Below are positions 27,412 through 35,368 of a stretch of 46,825 nucleotides of DNA, piece after piece (the stretch's first letter is position 1; every line of letters begins with the position of its first letter). Source of the stretch: a virus (Duplodnaviria; Caudoviricetes). The stretch is from IMG/VR virus record IMGVR_UViG_3300037045_000356, positions 1-46,825 of that record; one strand, 5' to 3'. The notes under the pieces are model-generated. The model worked only from the letters and a program-made list of their open reading frames with translations, did not search any database and was not told the DNA's origin. The translations under genes and the position numbers were made by a program.

Positions 27412-29019
27412 ATGCCCAGGGCGCCGGATGAACGACTAATCAAGTTCAGTGAGGATGAAGCCCAGCGTTTGATACTGTTTTATTCTGATTCGGAGAAGGA
27501 GATCCTAGCTGAACTGAATCGGGCATTGCTAAAAGGCAACCAGACTCAATATATTAAGGCCATGAAAGATAACGTCCATGCCATATTAAAAGACCTTCGC
27601 GAGGGCTCGCGCACCTGGTGTGAGCAGGCAATTCCCCGGGTGTACCTTGAGGGTGTTATAGCTGCTGATGCACAGATGAAGTCAATGGGAACTTCGGTCA
27701 AAGTTGGATTTGCATCTATCCATCAACAGGCTGCCCAAGTGCTGGCTGAGACCGCATATAATCGTTTCGATGACGTAGCGATAACAATCGGTCGGCGAGT
27801 AGATGACATATACCGCACACTTGCCCTGGAAAATATAAAGGGCTCGGTAGTAGGATACAAGTCATGGCAGAAAGTGGCCAGGAACCTTCGAGAGCAGCTA
27901 GCGGAGCATGGCGTAACTGCATTTAAAGACATCAAGGATCGTAAGTGGAATATGAGAACATATGCTGAGATGGTAGCTAGAACCACTACGATGGAAGCTC
28001 ATTTGCAGGGCACCGCTTTAAGGCTCCAGGAGCACGGTCATGATCTTATTAAGGTCAGCACTCATTCTGGTACCTGTGAGAAATGTGCACCTTGGCAAGG
28101 GAAAATATTGTCTCTATCCGGTAGGAGCAAGGAGTATCCTTCCCTGCAAGAGGCAAAGGATGCGGGTTTATTTCATCCTCGGTGTAGACACGCCTATGGA
28201 CTTTATATTGATTTGGAAAAAGGAGATGAACCGGCCCCGGTAAAACCGACGGATAAATCGGCTGAAAAAGCCCCCGTATTCAAGACCACCAAAGAAGCTG
28301 AAAAGTGGGCTCAGGATAATCTAGGAATAGCCCATGTCGATTATACCAATATCCATATTACAGTGGCCAACGAGATTAATAAAACAGTCAAGGCGTTTAA
28401 GAAAAAGTTTCCGCAGGTAAAGGATACAAAATGGCTCTCGACTGGACAACAAATGTTCAGAGCCAAATATGAGGCTGAGGTAACCAAAAGAGCTGAACAG
28501 CTTAAACGAATGGGCTATAGTGATGATCAAGCTATTAAGCTGGCTTCCAGGGCCGTCAAGAAAAAGAAAGTGCCTGGAAATTTTATGGCGTTTAGTACGA
28601 ATAAGACATGGGGAGAATACGAGGGAATAGCATTATCTGAAAAGTTTGTTAAAACAGCCAGGGGATTTGAGGATATGCGAAATTTCATTGCTAGAGATAT
28701 TGCATCGGGCTTTCATCCTATGGGAGTAGAGGATCCATCTAGTGTAATAACCCATGAAATGGGGCATCAATTACACTACCTCTTAATAAAAATAAACAAA
28801 GCAGGGTTTGTAAATGATGCTTGGCAGGAATTTAATAAAGAGGTACGAGGAATGCCGGACGTTAAGTCTGCCTGTGGTAAGCTTTTAAGCCAATATGCGG
28901 CAACTAATGATAAAGAGTTTTTCGCGGAGGCAATTATGGAATATATGCATAGTTCTTCCCCACGAAAATATGCTAATATTATAGGTGAAGGTGCAGAAGA
29001 AGCACTGAAAGGATTGTAG
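27412..29019 (+). CDS. Minor capsid (MuF-type) protein with C-terminal HExxH metallopeptidase-like extension
   Basis: YAEMVART, CxxC...W.GK and FHPRCRH motifs; C-terminal THEMGH...EFFAEA. Confidence 0.85.
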   Translation: MPRAPDERLIKFSEDEAQRLILFYSDSEKEILAELNRALLKGNQTQYIKAMKDNVHAILKDLREGSRTWCEQAIPRVYLEGVIAADAQMKSMGTSVKVGFASIHQQAAQVLAETAYNRFDDVAITIGRRVDDIYRTLALENIKGSVVGYKSWQKVARNLREQLAEHGVTAFKDIKDRKWNMRTYAEMVARTTTMEAHLQGTALRLQEHGHDLIKVSTHSGTCEKCAPWQGKILSLSGRSKEYPSLQEAKDAGLFHPRCRHAYGLYIDLEKGDEPAPVKPTDKSAEKAPVFKTTKEAEKWAQDNLGIAHVDYTNIHITVANEINKTVKAFKKKFPQVKDTKWLSTGQQMFRAKYEAEVTKRAEQLKRMGYSDDQAIKLASRAVKKKKVPGNFMAFSTNKTWGEYEGIALSEKFVKTARGFEDMRNFIARDIASGFHPMGVEDPSSVITHEMGHQLHYLLIKINKAGFVNDAWQEFNKEVRGMPDVKSACGKLLSQYAATNDKEFFAEAIMEYMHSSSPRKYANIIGEGAEEALKGL

Positions 29020-29030
29020 GAGGTGGTCAG

Positions 29031-29180
29031 ATGATAGGTACGCAGCCTAAGTTTATGGAAAGTCCATATTTTGTACTTGAACCTGGTAATTGGCATCTAT
29101 TGCCTGGCGCTCCTGCTGATGTGGTTAAAGAATTCGAGGAATTTATAAAGGCCTTGGATGGAGATTTCGAAGAAGAGTAA
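29031..29180 (+). CDS. 49-aa acidic protein, candidate immunity protein
   Basis: AGGAGGTG RBS directly after the MuF stop; GNWHLLPGAPADVVKEFEEF. Confidence 0.65.
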   Translation: MIGTQPKFMESPYFVLEPGNWHLLPGAPADVVKEFEEFIKALDGDFEEE

Positions 29181-29212
29181 TATAAGCAGTCAAAACAAGC
29201 ACTTGATTAAAA

Positions 29213-29560
29213 TCAGGTGCTTTTCTTTTTGATCTTTTCTGGCTTAGGTATTCCTTCTGCAGCGATGCCAATAATATGAGGGTCATTGAAGCGTATGGGA
29301 ATCATCCGCTTGGAGTAACACCAGCAGTGCTGCTCTTCATCCCAAAAGACATCGCCAGATATTAGTTTGGTTGGTTTATTAGGAATGTAATCAACGCCCC
29401 GCTGCTTCCAGAACAGAAGGGAATGTTCTTTACCCAGGCGGATTAATGTAGGGATTTTACCTTCCTGGCGGAGAATCCAAAGACGAGTATTAATTCCGAC
29501 CGTCACTGATTGGCGGTCGTTTTCAATGGTCCATTCTGGATCAATAATTGATTTTTCCAT
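29213..29560 (-). CDS. Antisense-oriented hypothetical moron
   Basis: GAGGTG RBS; bidirectional hairpin at 29197-29222. Confidence 0.65.
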   Translation of the reverse strand: MEKSIIDPEWTIENDRQSVTVGINTRLWILRQEGKIPTLIRLGKEHSLLFWKQRGVDYIPNKPTKLISGDVFWDEEQHCWCYSKRMIPIRFNDPHIIGIAAEGIPKPEKIKKKST

Positions 29561-29634
29561 AAAAACACCTCTGATAACTATTTTATCATAATGAGGTGTT
29601 TTTTTATGCTGGGAATTAAGGGAAGGAGGCCAAT

Positions 29635-29889
29635 GTGAAGGATTACTTAATCATGTTTAAAAGCGGCGACTCGCTGAATGGGACCATGAATGAAACAGAG
29701 GCTGAGGGTCTAAAGATGTGGTACAAAAGCAGACGCATGGAGCTGGGAGAGTTTAATGATACAAAGGGAGTTATTATTGTTGATTCCAGCCAGATAGTGG
29801 CTGTTGTCATAAATAAATGTGAGGATACCAATCCTGCAGGTTTTACAACAAACATCGGCCAGGAGCCAAAAAAAGGAGGAGTGAGCTAG
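29635..29889 (+). CDS. Hypothetical protein
   Basis: AAGGAGG RBS. Confidence 0.6.
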   Translation: MKDYLIMFKSGDSLNGTMNETEAEGLKMWYKSRRMELGEFNDTKGVIIVDSSQIVAVVINKCEDTNPAGFTTNIGQEPKKGGVS

Positions 29890-30630
29890 ATGCTCAGACG
29901 TTTAATGTTTATGGGAAGATATCCCATTGCCAGCAGAATGTTCTTGATGGACGCTGATGGCGGAGCCGGTAATGGTGGAGCTGGTACCGGTGCAGAAACC
30001 TATTCCAAAGAGTATGTCCAGGATCTGAGGCGTGAGGCTGCTGATTATCGGACAAAACTTAGAACTGCTGAAGAGGACAGGGACAAATATAAAAAGCAGT
30101 TCGATGAAGGCGAAACCAAAACTAACACTCTTCTGGGGAGAGTGAAAGAGATCCTGAAGCTAGATGCTGTAGTTGGTCTCGACGAACTATCAACAAAGCT
30201 CGAAACAGCAATCAAGAGCGCGGATAATATGAGCGAAAAGGCAAAGAGTGCCTTGCTCAAGTCGGCGTTCAACGATGCTGCTACAAAAGCAAACCTGGTG
30301 GATGCTGATGCGGCTTTCAAGCTGGCTGATTTGACTACGGTTAATGTGGATCTGGAATCTCTAACCGTGTACCCGGTGGACAAGGACGGCAAGCAAATCC
30401 AGAAGGATGGAAAAGCAGTTCTTGGACTATCCGGTATTGTTGAAACTTTGGTCAAGGATAAACCATACCTGGCGGGGAAGGCGGGTTCTAGCTCAGTAGG
30501 AAGTGGAAGTAATCCAGGAACAGGAGATCCACCCGACGCGGTAGCGACTGCCAAGGCAATGGCCGAAGCAAGAAACAAAGGTCCTGCTGCTGCCGAAGGT
30601 TCATTCGACCCATGGGCCCCGAAAGGTTAG
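29890..30630 (+). CDS. Capsid scaffolding protein
   Basis: YVQDLRREAADYR coiled coil and KPYL motif; upstream of the capsid genes. Confidence 0.85.
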   Translation: MLRRLMFMGRYPIASRMFLMDADGGAGNGGAGTGAETYSKEYVQDLRREAADYRTKLRTAEEDRDKYKKQFDEGETKTNTLLGRVKEILKLDAVVGLDELSTKLETAIKSADNMSEKAKSALLKSAFNDAATKANLVDADAAFKLADLTTVNVDLESLTVYPVDKDGKQIQKDGKAVLGLSGIVETLVKDKPYLAGKAGSSSVGSGSNPGTGDPPDAVATAKAMAEARNKGPAAAEGSFDPWAPKG

Positions 30631-30662
30631 CCCGCTAATTTAAAAAGGAGAGTGATTATCCA

Positions 30663-31388
30663 ATGGATATAACCTTGAAGACAACCACTTATGGTGGAGC
30701 CGTTAATATCCTTGATAGCGCTAATGTGCGCTATGTACGCGGGGGCGTAACACTTGATGCTGCACAGGTTGCCGCTGATGGAAACGGCATTAAGAAGCTT
30801 TTGGCTGGAACCTTTATTGGCGTAACTGGCGGCAAATATCGCAAGTATATTGCTGCTACTCTCGCTACCCTAGCTACCGGAGTGGTAGCCGATAATAACG
30901 CGATTACATGGACCGCAAAGCCAGCTTATGCCGGAACAGCTGGACACGCGATTAAGGTATCTTTGATTGACCCCGGCGGAAACAGTAAGCCCCTGGAAGT
31001 GCTTATTGTAAACAATGAAGTTCGTGTAATGCTGGCAACCAGTGGAGCAGGCGCAATCACATCTACTGCAGCCCAAGTCATTGCAGCGGTTAATACTGCG
31101 ATTGGCAATAGTTTTGTCTCTGCTGCCAGCACTGGGGTCTCTACCGGTGCTGCTGCTGTTGTGGCTGCTGCCGCCGCTGCTCTTGCCAATGGTGCAAACG
31201 CTAATATAGTACCGACTCTAATCTTGGGAGAGGATGTGGACTTCACCAGTTTTACTCAGTCAAGTGGACTTGCCTATGCCGATCGGGTTGTTACCGCCAT
31301 AGATCAAGCCCGTATTATAAGTGCCAGACTGCCGGCGGCGCCCGATGATTATGTCAAGGCCTCTATGCCTGGCATATCATTCGTTTAA
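30663..31388 (+). CDS. Head decoration protein with inserted Ala/Thr-rich domain
   Basis: GVTLD...KKLLAGT N-terminus and ARLP C-terminus; lies between scaffold and major capsid. Confidence 0.7.
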   Translation: MDITLKTTTYGGAVNILDSANVRYVRGGVTLDAAQVAADGNGIKKLLAGTFIGVTGGKYRKYIAATLATLATGVVADNNAITWTAKPAYAGTAGHAIKVSLIDPGGNSKPLEVLIVNNEVRVMLATSGAGAITSTAAQVIAAVNTAIGNSFVSAASTGVSTGAAAVVAAAAAALANGANANIVPTLILGEDVDFTSFTQSSGLAYADRVVTAIDQARIISARLPAAPDDYVKASMPGISFV

Positions 31389-31410
31389 TTGTAAAAGGAG
31401 GTAACCATAC

Positions 31411-32451
31411 ATGACATTTGCATTGCTTAAAGAATTCAACCGTAAAGCGGTACTTGCCTATGCCCGGGCTAGGCAGCCCCGCACCTATGTTGGGGCAGCA
31501 TTGTTCCCGGTAAATCCAGTGAATGAACTTTCTTTCGAGTACTGGAAGTCTTTAAACTTGTTACCGGTGATGGCATCTATCCAGGCCTACGGTGCAGAAG
31601 CGCAGATTGCCAGCCGTGATGGGGACAGTAAAATCAGTGGCGAGATCCCACCTATCAAAAGAAAAATCAACCTTAATGAGCGTGAGCTAATTGCCCTTAA
31701 ACGTGAGGGTGCTGGGGACGTGGATATGGTTCGCAACACCTTGTATAACGATCTGGACAACATGATTGATTCCGTCCTAGCCCGTATTGAGATGATGCGG
31801 ATGGACGCCGTTAGTTCTGGACAGATGGTTATCAATGAAAACGGTGTGGTTGTAACTGTGAATTATGGTGTGCCAGGCGGTCAGATTGTTGATCTTGACG
31901 CTCACAATGATGCCGAAGGTGACTGGGATCAGGTCAATGCTGAACCTATAACTATGATCCAGGCGTGGGTTAATACCGTGGTCGCAGGCTGTGGTATTCG
32001 GCCTACAAGGGCGCTGACCAGCAATATCGTTGTGGCTAATATGATGAAAAATGCTCAAATTAGAAAAATGCTCTACGGAGACAGTGGTGCATCCAGAGCA
32101 GTTAGTCTTTCAGATATCAATGCGCTGCTTTCCAGCCTGGATCTGCCTCAAATTGCAACATATGATCTGCAGGTAAGGAGTCAAGCCGAGAACGGAGTCA
32201 TAACCACAGTGCGATTCTTCCCAGAGAAAAAGATAGTATTGTTGCCTCCGATTACTTGTGGAGAAACCCTTATGGGGCCAACTGCCGAGGCGTTGCTTGA
32301 TGGGGAAGTCGAGGCCAAGGAAGCCGCTGGCATTTATGCCCGTGTGGATGAGGTACAGGAGCCCCCAGCCGTTTGGACAAAGGCTGCTGCTACTTCTATT
32401 CCTACTTTCCCCATGGCTGATACTGTCCACATAGCTACCGTACTTCCATAG
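31411..32451 (+). CDS. Major capsid protein (phage capsid E-like)
   Basis: LFP, IPPIKRK and ARIEMMR motifs; size and position. Confidence 0.9.
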   Translation: MTFALLKEFNRKAVLAYARARQPRTYVGAALFPVNPVNELSFEYWKSLNLLPVMASIQAYGAEAQIASRDGDSKISGEIPPIKRKINLNERELIALKREGAGDVDMVRNTLYNDLDNMIDSVLARIEMMRMDAVSSGQMVINENGVVVTVNYGVPGGQIVDLDAHNDAEGDWDQVNAEPITMIQAWVNTVVAGCGIRPTRALTSNIVVANMMKNAQIRKMLYGDSGASRAVSLSDINALLSSLDLPQIATYDLQVRSQAENGVITTVRFFPEKKIVLLPPITCGETLMGPTAEALLDGEVEAKEAAGIYARVDEVQEPPAVWTKAAATSIPTFPMADTVHIATVLP

Positions 32452-32454
32452 AAG

Positions 32455-32488
32455 ATTAGGGGAGGAATCACCTCCCCTAATTATTCTT
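32455..32488 (+). terminator. Terminator after the major capsid gene
   Basis: ATTAGGGGAGG...CCTCCCCTAAT. Confidence 0.7.
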
Positions 32489-32510
32489 ACACTTTTTGTG
32501 AGGTGATTAT

Positions 32511-32858
32511 ATGGGGCTGGAACAAGCAAGTGCATATTTTGCGGCTCGAATTAATAGCGATATTTGGGATGCTGCAAGCGAAGCCAATAAAACAAAAGCC
32601 CTAGCCACAGCAGAAATACAGCTTGAATTATACAGAGACCGGGTAGATACAACCCGGTTTTATTATGCTATTCATGAGCAGGCAATATGGTTATTGCAGG
32701 GCGATGCACGTGCAGGACTTCAACAGGCTGGAGTCAAAAGCATGAGCTTGAGCAAGATGTCGGAGGATTATAATCTTCATGGTCGGGATCCGGCTATTGC
32801 TCCTCAAGCCTGGGCTTTTCTAAGAGGGCCTACATTAAAGGCTGGTGGTCTAAGATGA
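32511..32858 (+). CDS. Head-tail adaptor
   Basis: Position; ASAYF...W...KALATA pattern. Confidence 0.75.
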   Translation: MGLEQASAYFAARINSDIWDAASEANKTKALATAEIQLELYRDRVDTTRFYYAIHEQAIWLLQGDARAGLQQAGVKSMSLSKMSEDYNLHGRDPAIAPQAWAFLRGPTLKAGGLR

Positions 32859-33151
32859 TCAAGGATTATCTTAACCAGGACGCTACCTGGAGCAGCAAAA
32901 CAGGGGATAACGAATATGGGGAATCGGTCTTTGCGGATGCAGTTCTAATTAAGGTTCGTTGGGAACACCGACGCAGGTTTGTCCGAAATAGTCAGGGCAA
33001 GGAAGTTGTCAGTGAGTCCGAGGTTATCTGTATTGAGACGGTGCAGGTCGATGATGTGCTTACCTATTCTGGCCAGGATCATATTGTGATAACGGTTAGC
33101 GATGTGCCTGGACTTAACGGCGATATTTCACATCGAGAGGTGGCTGTCTAA
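32855..33151 (+). CDS. Head closure protein
   Basis: NEYGE...VRNSQGKEVVS pattern. Confidence 0.75.
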   Translation: MIKDYLNQDATWSSKTGDNEYGESVFADAVLIKVRWEHRRRFVRNSQGKEVVSESEVICIETVQVDDVLTYSGQDHIVITVSDVPGLNGDISHREVAV

Positions 33152-33501
33152 TGGCTGATATAAGGTGGTATGGTGACGAAATCGTAACGCTAATAAAAGA
33201 AGCTGCAATGTCTGGCATTCATGATGGAGCAGAGGGCATATTAACTGAAGCCTTAGATGAAGCACCACTATTGAGCGGTACATTACGCCGATCTGGAACC
33301 GTTACGGATGCACCAAGCGAAGAGGCAGTCTATATTGCCTTTAATACGCCATATGCTATGAGGCAACATGAAGATTTAACCTTGAGGCATCCTGGAGGGG
33401 GTAAAGCGAAATACCTCGAAGATCCATTTAATCGTAATAAAGACAAGGTTATCAGGTTGGCCAATGAACGGGTAGATGCTGCATTACAAAGAACGAGGTG
33501 A
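33151..33501 (+). CDS. Neck protein (HK97 gp10-like)
   Basis: GTLRRSG, TPYAMRQHE, KYLEDP. Confidence 0.8.
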   Translation: MADIRWYGDEIVTLIKEAAMSGIHDGAEGILTEALDEAPLLSGTLRRSGTVTDAPSEEAVYIAFNTPYAMRQHEDLTLRHPGGGKAKYLEDPFNRNKDKVIRLANERVDAALQRTR

Positions 33502-33505
33502 AATT

Positions 33506-33901
33506 ATGTCTACACTTATGATTGACGATATAGCCGTATACCTTGCCGCTCAAGGGTTAGGCATAATAGAAAAAAATCTATTCAAGGGTTCAATGCCAGA
33601 TAAGCCAGATAGCTGTATTGGAGTGTTTGAGTATTCAGGCTCTCCCCCAGATTTAGCACATGACGGAGCAGAAATAGAAAACCCTGGCCTTCAGATCAGG
33701 GTTAGGGATAAGAGCTATGCAACTGGCAGAACAAAGATTGAATCAATTATCAGAGCATTACATCCATCAACTAACATCACCATGGGAACAACTTTCTATC
33801 TTTCTATTACTGTTAATCAGTCACCGATCCCCTTGGGATCAGATCAAAATGGACGCCAAGAATGGAGCGTTAATTTCACCGTCAACAAAAATAGAAATTA
33901 G
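33506..33901 (+). CDS. Tail terminator / minor capsid protein
   Basis: PDKPD, PGLQIRVR, LGSDQNGR...SVNF. Confidence 0.8.
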   Translation: MSTLMIDDIAVYLAAQGLGIIEKNLFKGSMPDKPDSCIGVFEYSGSPPDLAHDGAEIENPGLQIRVRDKSYATGRTKIESIIRALHPSTNITMGTTFYLSITVNQSPIPLGSDQNGRQEWSVNFTVNKNRN

Positions 33902-33919
33902 GATAAGGAGGATAAACCA

Positions 33920-34627
33920 ATGCCTACAGCCGCAAAATCAGGTTTTGGGACAACCTTAACCAGGGCAGCAAATGTTATTGCTGAACTTACCAAGATCGGT
34001 AGTCCAAAGCTTTCACTAGATACTGAAGAGGTAACAAGTCATCAATCAGCAGACGGGTACAAAGAATTCATTGGTACTCTTTTAGATGCAGGGGATCTTG
34101 CAATTGAAGGTAATTATATACCGGGCGATACTTTGGGGCAGATAGGATTAGTTGCAGATATGAACGCAAAGACGTTGCAGGACTTTGTATTGACATTTCC
34201 TACTGCAGTTGCAACCACTTGGACATTTAAAGCCTATGTAACCTCGTTTGAAATAGGAGAAGCAGATACCAAAGGTGCTCTTACGTTTAAGGCCACATTG
34301 AAGATATCTGGCAAACCTGTACTAGGGATAACTCTTGCGGGGAACTTAACCGGATTAGTGGTGACTACCGGTACATTGATTCCGGCCTTTGCAGCAGGAA
34401 CCTATGATTATGTTGCTACTATCGCAACCGGGGTAGCCAGCGTTACTATTACCCCCACATGCGCAGCGGCTACCAGTATTGAGGTTAACGGCAATGTTGT
34501 AGCTACTGGAGTTCCTTCCAGTGCAATTGCATTAGGTGCAGCTGGGTCTATCACTGCAGCCACAGTAGTTGTTAATGAAACCGGTAAGATGCCCAAGACT
34601 TACAGTATTAAGCTAGCTAGAGCTTAG
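33920..34627 (+). CDS. Major tail tube protein with C-terminal cadherin/Ig-like domain
   Basis: EVTSH...EFIGTLLDAG tube motif; LIPAFAAGTYDY cadherin-like beta-sandwich. Confidence 0.85.
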   Translation: MPTAAKSGFGTTLTRAANVIAELTKIGSPKLSLDTEEVTSHQSADGYKEFIGTLLDAGDLAIEGNYIPGDTLGQIGLVADMNAKTLQDFVLTFPTAVATTWTFKAYVTSFEIGEADTKGALTFKATLKISGKPVLGITLAGNLTGLVVTTGTLIPAFAAGTYDYVATIATGVASVTITPTCAAATSIEVNGNVVATGVPSSAIALGAAGSITAATVVVNETGKMPKTYSIKLARA

Positions 34628-34637
34628 GAGGCGTCAT

Positions 34638-35012
34638 ATGAATTTAAGGGATAAAATACTGCTAGCAAAAGATATAGAGAGCGAACTGGTAGAAATACCT
34701 CAGTGGGATGTAATTATTGAGGTTAAAGGATTAAACGGTAAACAGAGATCGCTATTGTTGCAAGATACCATGGGAGATGCGGGGAAGCTAGATCTAGTTA
34801 AACTATATCCGCAACTGGTAGTTAGATCTTGCTTTGATCCTGATACCGGTGAGCGAATATTTACGGATGCTGATTGTGACGCTATTGCTGAAAAATCTGG
34901 GGCAGTACAAGAGATAATTGGTGCTGTAGCCATGCGTCTGTCGGGATTGGATGGCAAGACCGCAGAAAAAAACTCCGACGCCACCCCGAAAGGCGATTCT
35001 ATTTCGACCTAG
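34638..35012 (+). CDS. Tail assembly chaperone (G)
   Basis: Position; ends with a slippery sequence. Confidence 0.85.
   Translation: MNLRDKILLAKDIESELVEIPQWDVIIEVKGLNGKQRSLLLQDTMGDAGKLDLVKLYPQLVVRSCFDPDTGERIFTDADCDAIAEKSGAVQEIIGAVAMRLSGLDGKTAEKNSDATPKGDSIST
34967..34973 (+). other. -1 programmed frameshift site A AAA AAC
   Basis: The -1 frame reads LRRHPERRFYFDLASHLGG straight into MTVAELL of the 35030 ORF. Confidence 0.8.
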
Positions 35013-35029
35013 CAAGTCATCTCGGGGGA

Positions 35030-35368
35030 ATGACAGTAGCAGAATTATTAGAGCGCACTTCATCTGCTGAAATAGCTGAATGGGGTGCGTATTTTAATAT
35101 TGTAAACGAAGAAAAGCAGAAAAAACTTGAAGTGGAGCGGTATGAAAGATGGCAACATACTGCTTCATTGTGCGCAATAATCGCAAATGTAAACCGAGCT
35201 CCAGACACAGAACCTTATGTGATGCAGGATTTTATACCGGTACCATACCCGGGAAAAGAATCAGCACAGGTAGAGACAAAAGAGCAGACGTGGGAAGAAC
35301 AATTACAGATTATAGAAATACTTAATGCTGCTATGGGCGGCAGTGATACAAGGGGGGTGATGGCATAG
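35030..35368 (+). CDS. Tail assembly chaperone GT extension
   Basis: Reached by -1 frameshift; precedes the tape measure gene. Confidence 0.75.
   Translation: MTVAELLERTSSAEIAEWGAYFNIVNEEKQKKLEVERYERWQHTASLCAIIANVNRAPDTEPYVMQDFIPVPYPGKESAQVETKEQTWEEQLQIIEILNAAMGGSDTRGVMA

Noticed and set aside
35169-35195. TGTGCGCAATA...AAATGTAAACC dif-like look-alike in the GT chaperone
   Set aside because: Spacer is 5 bp and the site lies in a core gene with no cassette boundary
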